From a virus, in IMG/VR virus record IMGVR_UViG_3300028610_000429: 42,503 nucleotides of DNA; one strand, written 5' to 3'. Numbering within the stretch: the first letter of the stretch is position 1; every line of letters starts with the position of its first letter. Shown here piece by piece: positions 1 to 7,724 of the stretch. A model generated the notes under the pieces. That model worked only from the letters and a program-made list of their open reading frames with translations, did not search any database and was not told the origin of the DNA. The position numbers and the translations under genes were made by a program.

Positions 1-118
1 ACTTTCAAAGAAAGTAACCCAATGGAATGTTCTCTTCCAAATTAAGTCAAAAATCTTATTTTCTAAAAACTTATCTACAGTTTTTTCTATGATGCTTTCG
101 CTTTTTTTATCTAATGGG
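1..118. repeat. Terminal direct repeat, left copy (identical to 42386..42503); overlap of a circularly closed assembly
   Basis: Bases 1-118 are identical base-for-base to 42386-42503, so the unique length is 42,385 bp. A minus-strand ORF reads in frame across the junction. Confidence 0.95.
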
Positions 119-186
119 TATTTTAATTGAGACATTGTTATTATTGTGATTATTATTAAAAATGCGATTATTAAATTTTTCTTCAT
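1..186 (-). CDS. 5' segment (62 codons) of a 241-aa wrap-around ORF with an N-terminal hydrophobic anchor; late-module protein of unknown function
   Basis: ATG at 186..184. MKKNLIIAFLIIITIITMSQLKY...HWVTFFES runs off the left edge. After removing the duplicated 118 bp it continues in frame at 42385 ([27 protein letters not shown]...) to the TGA at 41846. Confidence 0.7.
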   Translation of the reverse strand, partial: MKKNLIIAFLIIITIITMSQLKYPLDKKSESIIEKTVDKFLENKIFDLIWKRTFHWVTFFES

Positions 187-188
187 TT

Positions 189-401
189 TTATTTTAAAGT
201 TAATTCTTTTAAATCTATTAAGGTTGCTTTGATCCAATTAATATCTGTTCTCATGGCACTAATATCTACCCTAGTATCATAAACTCCATTTTCCATAGCA
301 TCTATTTTTTGATTGTTTGCTCTAACTGAATTAAAGAGAAAGCCGATAATTATAAAGATTATTCCTATAACCCAGAAAATGATTTTATTATTGTTTTCCA
401 T
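189..401 (-). CDS. 70-aa membrane protein with one N-terminal TM and a helical C-terminal part; function unknown (spanin- or holin-like topology)
   Basis: Track ORF. IIFWVIGIIFIIIGFLF is a hydrophobic helix. The gene is tightly packed with its neighbours. Confidence 0.55.
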   Translation of the reverse strand: MENNNKIIFWVIGIIFIIIGFLFNSVRANNQKIDAMENGVYDTRVDISAMRTDINWIKATLIDLKELTLK

Positions 402-413
402 ATTATTGAATTA

Positions 414-2069
414 TTAGTCCATTACTTTTATTACTCTTCTTGCTGTTGGTGGAGCATGAGTTACTGATAATTTAGGTTTATTAGAACCTGCATCAGCAGC
501 ATTCCATCCTAACATTGAGGAGACACCACCAGCCCAAGTCAAACCAGTTGTATTATTTAATATATCCCACTTATGTCTTGCTCCAAATTTCGTTATTCCT
601 GTTTTATTTATTGCAGCAATTCCCGCACCATTAAGTTCTATCTCGTTAGACGCACCGTCAGTCCAACTAGCATAAGCCATACTACCAAACAGAGTTGTTG
701 CCCCCCACCTAGCGATATTATAATCTGCAAATACCAAAATGTTATTTGATGCTGGGTCAGATGCACAAATATGTATATCTATATCTCCAAGACCATTAGC
801 TTTATCAGTACTATACAAACTAAGAGAAGCTACTGAAATATCATCAGTATCTATTACAGAGGTATCAAAAAGCATAACAGCTCTATAAAATTGCCTATAT
901 TCGTCTGCATCACTTGCGTGTGATTGTATATATACAGACATGCCTACATAAGTGTCTCCCTCACCAGTCCCAGCATTCCCCCTTATAGTAGCAAAAACTT
1001 CTCCATTATTATAAAGTCTCTCTACTGTTCCATCAACGGTGGTACTCCCAGTTCCAGTATCAGGATAGAAGTCCGTAGTAGTATCGGTGTAAACAGGGAA
1101 TTGAGCATCTAAAAAGAAATCACTAGGAATTATTTTAGTTAAAATAAAGTCATCTTCTTCTAAATAAGAAAGATTAACATTTATTAGTTCTTCCTTCTCT
1201 CCTGAATCCCAAATTGTAAAAGTCCTCATTGAGTTTCCCCTACTCACGTCTTTATTCACAAATCGACTACCTGTAAGCTTTACATTGAAATAACCTTTGT
1301 AATTAGTAATATCACTTTGACGAGTCCAACCTATTTCCTCTCCATCAATTAATCTTTGAATATAAACTAAATTATCGTAAGAAAGTTTAAAACTAAATTC
1401 AGTATCTACACTAGGAGCTTTCTCTAAAGAATTAAATCTTATTAGTTTTCTTAATCGTGGACTAACTCCTTCGTGAACAAAATAAATCAAATCTGCGTCG
1501 TAATTAGGATATGCTTGACGATAGATAATATAAGTAGCTTCTCCCCACCCTAAATCACCTGTTTCAAGCTCTCCTGCGACCTCTGTAATACCTATTGCCT
1601 GAATTGTTTGAATTAAAATAGGCTCGTCAAAGGTTTCCTTATTTTTTAAATCATAAACATTGTCATTTAAGAATGTAGCAATTCCAGTAGAAGCCAAAGG
1701 AATTGAAACTTTGAAAGGCGCTTTGTCCATAACAAAATTATTTCCCTTTCTTCTAAAATTAGGATCAATATCTTTCCACTCTCCGTCTTCCATATAATTA
1801 GCCCAAGCTCCTATAAAAGTTGTTTGAAATTCTGTCGATTTAAAATCAAGAGTTTTATTTCCTAAAAGCCAAGATTCACTTAATCTTAAATTGGCTCTTG
1901 TTGGAATAGTAACAGAATTATAGCTTATTCTCGTTTCTAATCCTCGACTTGTTTCTATCGGCAAAGGAATATCTTTATAAAATCTCTCTTGTGGAACTGC
2001 TGAAATACCAACTGAAGCTACTATGGTTGTTGCTAATATCCCTGTTATAATTTTATTTTTCATAGTCAT
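414..2069 (-). CDS. Large beta-rich late protein with a Sec-type signal peptide (fibre, receptor-binding or carbohydrate-binding candidate)
   Basis: The track start at 2081 is TTG; ATGs lie at 2069 and 2063. The N-terminus is MTMKNKIITGILATTIVASVGISA/VPQ. The C-terminal half has an FDTSVI...SVASLSLY pattern that reminds me of DNRLRE/CBM96-like beta-sandwiches (unverified). Confidence 0.55.
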   Translation of the reverse strand: MTMKNKIITGILATTIVASVGISAVPQERFYKDIPLPIETSRGLETRISYNSVTIPTRANLRLSESWLLGNKTLDFKSTEFQTTFIGAWANYMEDGEWKDIDPNFRRKGNNFVMDKAPFKVSIPLASTGIATFLNDNVYDLKNKETFDEPILIQTIQAIGITEVAGELETGDLGWGEATYIIYRQAYPNYDADLIYFVHEGVSPRLRKLIRFNSLEKAPSVDTEFSFKLSYDNLVYIQRLIDGEEIGWTRQSDITNYKGYFNVKLTGSRFVNKDVSRGNSMRTFTIWDSGEKEELINVNLSYLEEDDFILTKIIPSDFFLDAQFPVYTDTTTDFYPDTGTGSTTVDGTVERLYNNGEVFATIRGNAGTGEGDTYVGMSVYIQSHASDADEYRQFYRAVMLFDTSVIDTDDISVASLSLYSTDKANGLGDIDIHICASDPASNNILVFADYNIARWGATTLFGSMAYASWTDGASNEIELNGAGIAAINKTGITKFGARHKWDILNNTTGLTWAGGVSSMLGWNAADAGSNKPKLSVTHAPPTARRVIKVMD

Positions 2070-4636
2070 TAATCTACCCAATTACCAGTAAAACAAATAC
2101 TCACCCAAGTTGGTGTATTGGTTACTGAATTAACCTTTAAATCTATTTCTTCACCTGCCGAAATAGTACAAGAAAGCCCAAGATTCTCATCTTCTCCTGC
2201 TGCTGGAGCTACTGGTTCGCCACAATCTCCAGCACCTTCTACTAAATCAAAGTTGACTGTTTGGTCGGACTCTCCCCATATTTCTGTTATTAAGAAAGAG
2301 TTACCTGTTCCATTTCTCCAAATACTAATAAAGTCATCATCGGCAGTAGGATCTTCGAAATAAAGACATTTTGAGTCCATTTGGTCAGCATCAGCAATTT
2401 GAGCATGAGTAATAATATCAGCAGCAATTTCCGTTGCAGTATTTATTGCTCCTGCTGGTAAGTCTATTGACGTTGTAATAGTTGGTGAAGTACCAAATAC
2501 TAAAGCACCTGTTCCTGTTTCATCAGATATAGTTTCCATTATTCCTGAAGAAGTAGTTGTTGCTGTCAAAGCAGCTGAACCATTTCCTAATACTATTCCT
2601 GTTAAAGTAGAAGCGCCTGTTCCTCCGTACTCAACTCCAACATCTGTACCTTCCCAAACTCCAGTCGCTATCGTTCCTATACTTGTAAGGGAAGAAAGAG
2701 TTGCTACATTTGTCATGGCTAGAGTTCCTGTGGCATTTGGCATTGTAATAGTAATATCATTAGCCACATCAGCAGCAATTAATCGAGTCCAATTACTATC
2801 AATGTTGTAAAAATCAAAATAAGTTCCTCCGTCAGAGCTTCCGTCAAAACAAGCTCCATCTGCACAATCTCCGACACTTGTTACGTCTCCTGCTCCTGCG
2901 GCTGCCCAACTTAAAGTTCCGTCTCCACCTGCATCAGTCAAGACTTCTCCTGCCCCTGCAACCGCTAAAGGTAAAGTCAAAGTATAAGTACCTGAAGTTG
3001 CTCCACTTTGAATTGTTAGAATGTTATCATTTGTGGCATTGTGAAATATAATTCCTGCATCAGTTGAACTCGCACTTCCTAAAGTTAGTGAACTAGCTCC
3101 AGTTGCTAAAAGGGTTGTTGCGGTAATAGAACCATTTCCTACAACAGAACCATTTAAACGAATACCTGTATCGGCTGTTAAATCTAAATATCCGTCGTCA
3201 TCTGAAAACACATAAACTCCTGTGTCTCCAAATTGAAACCTTTCATCTAATCCTGCAAGAGCGTGTCCTTCACGATAAAACTTAAATTCAGAAAGACCTC
3301 CTAAGCCAAAGTAAGGATTAGCCGCTCCATACATTCCTCCAATTATCACTAAAGAATCTGTATCGCTATCCCTAGCTTGAAAAGTCATATAGTCTCCATC
3401 GTCATTAGTTGGGCCAAGAAAACCATTTTCATTAGCAGACAAATGAATATATCCATAAGAAGTAAAGTTACCATTACTATCCATACTTCCTACCGTAGCA
3501 TTAGCGTAATCCTTAAAATAAACATAATTTGAACCACCACTATCTCCCATTCTCAATGTAATATCATCACCAGAAGCTACATGAACACCGTGAGAAGGTG
3601 TGTCTACCTCTACTAAAATAGCATCTGTGTTGCTACTTCCAAAAAGACTCCATCCTATTTCTACGATATGCCCAGAGGTAGGCCTTACATTGGTAAGCCC
3701 ACCAGTAGTTTCAGATAAAAATAACTCATCTCCAGCTGACCAAGTTTGACCATCAGGATTAACAACATTAGTGCCAAGAGTATCTACTCCTGATAACAAT
3801 CCAACAACTCTAACAATACCATTACCATTCATACTAATAGCTTCTGCCGCAAGTCCTATCATGTGAGCTTTTCCATCAACATTACAATCAGCAAGACCAA
3901 TCAAAGGTTTAGCTACTCCTGCGCTACCACTATTATATACAGGTTGTCCTTTCACGATAGAGCCAGTGCCTTCTTCTTTAGCATCAATCGTTAAAGCATT
4001 AGCAACCGCAGAACCGACATTTGTTAAATTAGAACCATCTCCATAAAGAGTGGTTGCAGTAAAATCATTTGAAACAGTTACTCCTGCAGTAGCTGTTATA
4101 GTTAATTCATTTGCTGCATTTCTATGAATAGAACCATCTTGCCCAATACCGAAGTAAAGTCTTCCATCATCTCCTAGATATAAACTTCTCCATTCATAAG
4201 TTGCCGAACCAAGATCGTCAGTATCGGCTGCATCTGAAATTAAAGAAGTGTTAATTGCTACTCCAGTTAAGTTGCCTAAAGCCTTAGTAGCTGAAAGAGG
4301 GTCTGCTTCAGTATGGATAAGAGTTCCTGTGGTTAAAGGCAGATAGACAGTATAATCACTTCCCACGTTTCCTAAATTAAGTTCTGCATAATTAGAGTCT
4401 CCGTCGTATATTCTGATATAACTTCCTCCATCTGAAGTACCATCTAAACATGCACCACTCGCACAGTCGCCCACACTTAAAACGTCTCCCTCAGTCATAC
4501 CTTCAACTGTCCAAGTATTATCAACTGGCTTTAAAGTAGTACCATCTAAGTACCAAAGTGTAATTGCATTAACAGTCGCAGCTGTTAAAAAGATTGTAAT
4601 TATTGCGAATAAAAATGCTTTTAATAGTTTGTTCAT
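2069..4636 (-). CDS. Tail-fibre-like 855-aa Gly/Thr/Ser-rich protein with a signal-peptide-like N-terminus and an internal duplicated Cys module
   Basis: The N-terminus is MNKLLKAFLFAIITIFLTAATVNA/ITLW. Composition is fibre-like. A 56-aa module occurs at aa 51-106 and again at aa 584-639. Confidence 0.6.
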   Translation of the reverse strand: MNKLLKAFLFAIITIFLTAATVNAITLWYLDGTTLKPVDNTWTVEGMTEGDVLSVGDCASGACLDGTSDGGSYIRIYDGDSNYAELNLGNVGSDYTVYLPLTTGTLIHTEADPLSATKALGNLTGVAINTSLISDAADTDDLGSATYEWRSLYLGDDGRLYFGIGQDGSIHRNAANELTITATAGVTVSNDFTATTLYGDGSNLTNVGSAVANALTIDAKEEGTGSIVKGQPVYNSGSAGVAKPLIGLADCNVDGKAHMIGLAAEAISMNGNGIVRVVGLLSGVDTLGTNVVNPDGQTWSAGDELFLSETTGGLTNVRPTSGHIVEIGWSLFGSSNTDAILVEVDTPSHGVHVASGDDITLRMGDSGGSNYVYFKDYANATVGSMDSNGNFTSYGYIHLSANENGFLGPTNDDGDYMTFQARDSDTDSLVIIGGMYGAANPYFGLGGLSEFKFYREGHALAGLDERFQFGDTGVYVFSDDDGYLDLTADTGIRLNGSVVGNGSITATTLLATGASSLTLGSASSTDAGIIFHNATNDNILTIQSGATSGTYTLTLPLAVAGAGEVLTDAGGDGTLSWAAAGAGDVTSVGDCADGACFDGSSDGGTYFDFYNIDSNWTRLIAADVANDITITMPNATGTLAMTNVATLSSLTSIGTIATGVWEGTDVGVEYGGTGASTLTGIVLGNGSAALTATTTSSGIMETISDETGTGALVFGTSPTITTSIDLPAGAINTATEIAADIITHAQIADADQMDSKCLYFEDPTADDDFISIWRNGTGNSFLITEIWGESDQTVNFDLVEGAGDCGEPVAPAAGEDENLGLSCTISAGEEIDLKVNSVTNTPTWVSICFTGNWVD

Positions 4637-4638
4637 GT

Positions 4639-4923
4639 TTATATAAAACTTATTATTTCAGCAACTTGTGTGTTTGCAGTTGTCTGAAAATATAATGTAA
4701 TGTTTGGTGTTCTAACGTCATCTTCCTCGTGGCTTTTGCCTTGAGCAATGTTGACGTATGTTGTTGGCGAATCTCCCTCGACTATTGCTAATTTTAAAGG
4801 ATAACCAACGTTTCTTAATCTAATTTTGTACTTTTTTGTTTTAGCTGGTAAGGCATAATAATACTCCTCGTTTGCAGTAGCCATATCTACATTCTCAATA
4901 GTTATTCTTGATTTTATACCCAT
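4639..4923 (-). CDS. 94-aa late protein, paralogue of 4914..5198
   Basis: Same length and alignable along the whole length with the adjacent ORF (R.TI.NV.M......Y.YA.P...K..K..LR ... Y....G.S ... T.YFQ....TQV.EI). Confidence 0.65.
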   Translation of the reverse strand: MGIKSRITIENVDMATANEEYYYALPAKTKKYKIRLRNVGYPLKLAIVEGDSPTTYVNIAQGKSHEEDDVRTPNITLYFQTTANTQVAEIISFI

Positions 4924-5198
4924 ACTTTTATTTCTAAAACCTGTGTAGATGTTGGAGACTGAAAGTAAATAGTTCTGCCTCCTAACCTAGCATCATTTAT
5001 TATTTCTGATTCACCGTAAGGAACTGTAATATAGGTTGTATTTGATTCTGTTGCTACAAAAGTATATTTTAAAAGGGCGTTTAATGCTCTTAACTTAAAC
5101 TTAATTCTTTTGACATTGGATGGAATGGCATAAGAGTATTCTGTTCCACCAGTTGTCATTGCAACGTTTGCTATTGTTGGTCTCGATGTTATTTGCAT
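4914..5198 (-). CDS. 94-aa late protein, paralogue of 4639..4923
   Basis: Tandem duplicate. It overlaps both neighbours by 10 nt. Confidence 0.65.
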   Translation of the reverse strand: MQITSRPTIANVAMTTGGTEYSYAIPSNVKRIKFKLRALNALLKYTFVATESNTTYITVPYGESEIINDARLGGRTIYFQSPTSTQVLEIKVWV

Positions 5199-5767
5199 TT
5201 TTCTTCTTTGTAAGTTGAATTTGATTGTTTATGCCAGTAAGCAAGATTTTCTGCTCTCTTGAGCTTTCGATCAGCTTTTTGGCTTTTTGCTTCGACTGTT
5301 TTTTCTTTGGCTTTTAACTCCTTTTCAATTTCACTGTTTTTTAAAATGTTTTCTTCCAAATTACTACTAGCTTCTTTAAGTTTCTTTACAACACTCTTTG
5401 ACTGATTTTTAAGTGTATCTGAACTCTTAACTAGATTCTCTGCTCTCTCTACAAGCCCTAACACTCCATCTACTGCATTTTTAGTCTTATTTGTTACATC
5501 TAATACTACTTTCTCTGCTACTTGCCCTAAAACAATCATTTCTTCCATCGCTTTTTTTATCGTTTCTTCTGCACTTTTGACTCTTCCTTCGGCTTCTTTT
5601 TCTCGATCATCTAAGAACTTTTCTTTTTCTTTTCTAAGATCTTCAAGTTTTCTTCTTTCACTTGTTATCTGGTCCACAATCTCTCCTTTCTTTTCTTTCA
5701 TTACCTTAATCTCACCAGACAATTCTTCTTTCTCTTCTCTCAATTCTATAACTTTGTCAATATCCAT
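5189..5767 (-). CDS. 192-aa Lys/Glu-rich coiled-coil protein
   Basis: Track ORF with strongly heptad-like charged composition, located in the late module. Confidence 0.6.
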   Translation of the reverse strand: MDIDKVIELREEKEELSGEIKVMKEKKGEIVDQITSERRKLEDLRKEKEKFLDDREKEAEGRVKSAEETIKKAMEEMIVLGQVAEKVVLDVTNKTKNAVDGVLGLVERAENLVKSSDTLKNQSKSVVKKLKEASSNLEENILKNSEIEKELKAKEKTVEAKSQKADRKLKRAENLAYWHKQSNSTYKEEKCK

Positions 5768-5768
5768 A

Positions 5769-6098
5769 TTACAATGTAAATCCTGCTAAGTTAGCTTTAC
5801 ATACAGAACTTCCGTCAATAGTAATACTGACAGCCGCTCCTTTGCTTCCTATTAATGGAACAACCAAAGAATGCCAATAAATATATGGTCCTCCTGTTAC
5901 TGCATTAGTTAGATTCATCTGCCAAATGACAGTAGATCCATCTTTTACCTGAACAACTGCTCCATCCTTGTCAGACGAAACAGCCATATCTGTAATATAG
6001 TGCCTCTTACCTGCTACAGCAGCTATGGTAGCCAAAGCTACTGTTGCGTGTGTATGTGTTTCCCTAAAGGGAACTCCGTGTGATTGTCTATGATCCAT
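5769..6098 (-). CDS. 109-aa beta-rich late protein, function unknown
   Basis: Track ORF. The stop of the upstream gene abuts its start. Confidence 0.6.
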   Translation of the reverse strand: MDHRQSHGVPFRETHTHATVALATIAAVAGKRHYITDMAVSSDKDGAVVQVKDGSTVIWQMNLTNAVTGGPYIYWHSLVVPLIGSKGAAVSITIDGSSVCKANLAGFTL

Positions 6099-6107
6099 GT
6101 TTTATTT

Positions 6108-6125
6108 GGGGGTTTTTACACCCCC
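6108..6125 (-). other. GC-rich stem-loop GGGGGT-GTAAAA-ACCCCC (first of two related copies)
   Basis: A 6-bp GC stem in an AT-rich spacer between 6134..6649 and 5769..6098. A related motif lies at 8750..8766. No U-tract follows on the transcribed strand. Confidence 0.4.
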
Positions 6126-6133
6126 ACGGTTAA

Positions 6134-6649
6134 TTATTTACCTTGTGCTTCGAGTTCCATAAGCTCTTTAAGTAATTCTTCCAGTGTTTTCTTTACGTCT
6201 GGTTTAACTCCTCTTTTCTCCAACTCTTTTATAACATCCTTTTTTGAAACTTTAGGAGGTTCTTTTAGAGCTGGTTTTTCTGGAGTAAATTCGTCTTTCA
6301 AATCTTCAGCATCTTTATCTCTTTTCTCTTTAGGAGCAAGAGTCTCTTTAGGTTCTTTCTTTCCTATAACAGTAACAATCTTTCCCATTACTATTTCTAT
6401 TTGTTCAGGAGTCCAAAGTTTTATAGTTTTTTCTTTGGAAGATTTCTTTTTGGCTTCCCTTGAAAGCATTTTTCTGGCTAAATGTTTTGCCAAATGTTCT
6501 ACTTCAGGAAGTCTACCAATATACTCTTCTCCTGCTTGAACAGTAATGGATACTCCTCTAAATGAGTGAGTAAAACTCTCATTATCTATGTTCTTGAAAC
6601 GTGCTATTTTGCGCTCTTTTTCTTCGGCTAATTTTTGTTCTATATTCAT
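6134..6649 (-). CDS. 171-aa Lys/Glu-rich protein, function unknown
   Basis: Track ORF with highly charged, low-complexity composition. Confidence 0.55.
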   Translation of the reverse strand: MNIEQKLAEEKERKIARFKNIDNESFTHSFRGVSITVQAGEEYIGRLPEVEHLAKHLARKMLSREAKKKSSKEKTIKLWTPEQIEIVMGKIVTVIGKKEPKETLAPKEKRDKDAEDLKDEFTPEKPALKEPPKVSKKDVIKELEKRGVKPDVKKTLEELLKELMELEAQGK

Positions 6650-6760
6650 GTTTGCGTCAACGTTAATTATTAATAATTATTGTAATACAACCTTTCGACT
6701 ATAAGGTTAATCAACCCTATTTAGTGGCCAATCCACAAGTTCAGCCACTAAAACGATTGA

Positions 6761-7459
6761 CTATATAATGTTTATGTCTGCCATACATGCTTTATCAGCA
6801 TTTGCATTGGCTACCAAACATCTTGCAAAACTGTTAGCGTCAAATGCTCCCTCTGTAGTCGTTGACTTAATCGCTGTTCCCTCTGTGTTGTCTCCTGGAG
6901 TAATTCCTATGTTAATAGTAATTGCTTCACCGGCTAACACAAAACCAATTCCCCTCTTTAAGAACCAACCGTAATCACCAGAAGCAAATGCTACCTGAGC
7001 TACTCCTTTTACAGGAGTTTCTTCTACGGTGATTGGAATTTTCTCTGCGTCTGGTTCGTGCCTGATAACAATATCAGATACTCCAGCTACAGTTAAAGCT
7101 GTTCCTAAAGCGTAATCGGTATATAGTTCTAGCGTGTCAGCTGTGTTATCCTTGATTTTACCACCTTGACCTTCACCTGTTCCGTCATCGACTAGGAACC
7201 AGTGATCTTGATATGCTCCTGCTGTCCAAGCTGCTCCAGCTTCAAGAATATAAACACTTTGGCCAGCTTTATTGGTTGAAGAGGCAACAGTATCAACATC
7301 AAGATTAGCAGGATTGGAAACTGTCATAAATTGACTGATTATTTCAGTCGTCTTCATGTATTCCCAGATTCTACCATCGGGAGTACATCCCAACTCATTC
7401 ATGCTTCCCATCTTTACAGTAGGTGTATCAAAGATACTTTGAAAATTTATCAATTTCAT
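6761..7459 (-). CDS. 232-aa late structural-module protein (possible head decoration or tail component)
   Basis: Track ORF with beta-rich, Gly/Ala/Thr-rich composition. It is preceded by a 150-bp non-coding gap. Confidence 0.55.
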   Translation of the reverse strand: MKLINFQSIFDTPTVKMGSMNELGCTPDGRIWEYMKTTEIISQFMTVSNPANLDVDTVASSTNKAGQSVYILEAGAAWTAGAYQDHWFLVDDGTGEGQGGKIKDNTADTLELYTDYALGTALTVAGVSDIVIRHEPDAEKIPITVEETPVKGVAQVAFASGDYGWFLKRGIGFVLAGEAITINIGITPGDNTEGTAIKSTTTEGAFDANSFARCLVANANADKACMADINII

Positions 7460-7608
7460 CGTACTATTTTGTTTTAATTTAAATCACACTCGACCTTTCA
7501 CTTGCATTAACTCGACCGTTAATCAAGAAATGCCGTGCGACTGAGCCTAATAAGCTCATCTTAATCCTCAAACCTTTTAAGGACTAAGTGAACTCACAAG
7601 AAAAAGTT

Positions 7609-7713
7609 CTATTTCTTTACTTTCTTAGCTTTGACTTTAGGTTTATCATCGAGATTGTCTGCTTGAACAAATGTATGTTTCACTTCTTTTAACTCTTTTT
7701 CTTTTTTAGACAT
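7609..7713 (-). CDS. Possible 34-aa Lys-rich peptide (below the track threshold)
   Basis: ATG at 7713, TAG at 7611..7609. Translation is MSKKEKELKEVKHTFVQADNLDDKPKVKAKKVKK. There is no independent support. Confidence 0.3.
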   Translation of the reverse strand: MSKKEKELKEVKHTFVQADNLDDKPKVKAKKVKK

Positions 7714-7724
7714 GTTTTCTATGA

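Noticed and set aside
1-118. The 118-bp terminal repeat as a genuine T7-like physical direct terminal repeat.
   Set aside because: The repeat lies inside an open reading frame that continues seamlessly across the junction. A circular assembly overlap is the simpler explanation. Only read-terminus data could settle this.
5755-5760. Additional TTGACA hexamers on the transcribed strand (5755..5760, 27328..27333, 35120..35125) as promoters.
   Set aside because: All lie inside coding sequence, and none has a TATAAT-like hexamer 16-18 nt downstream.
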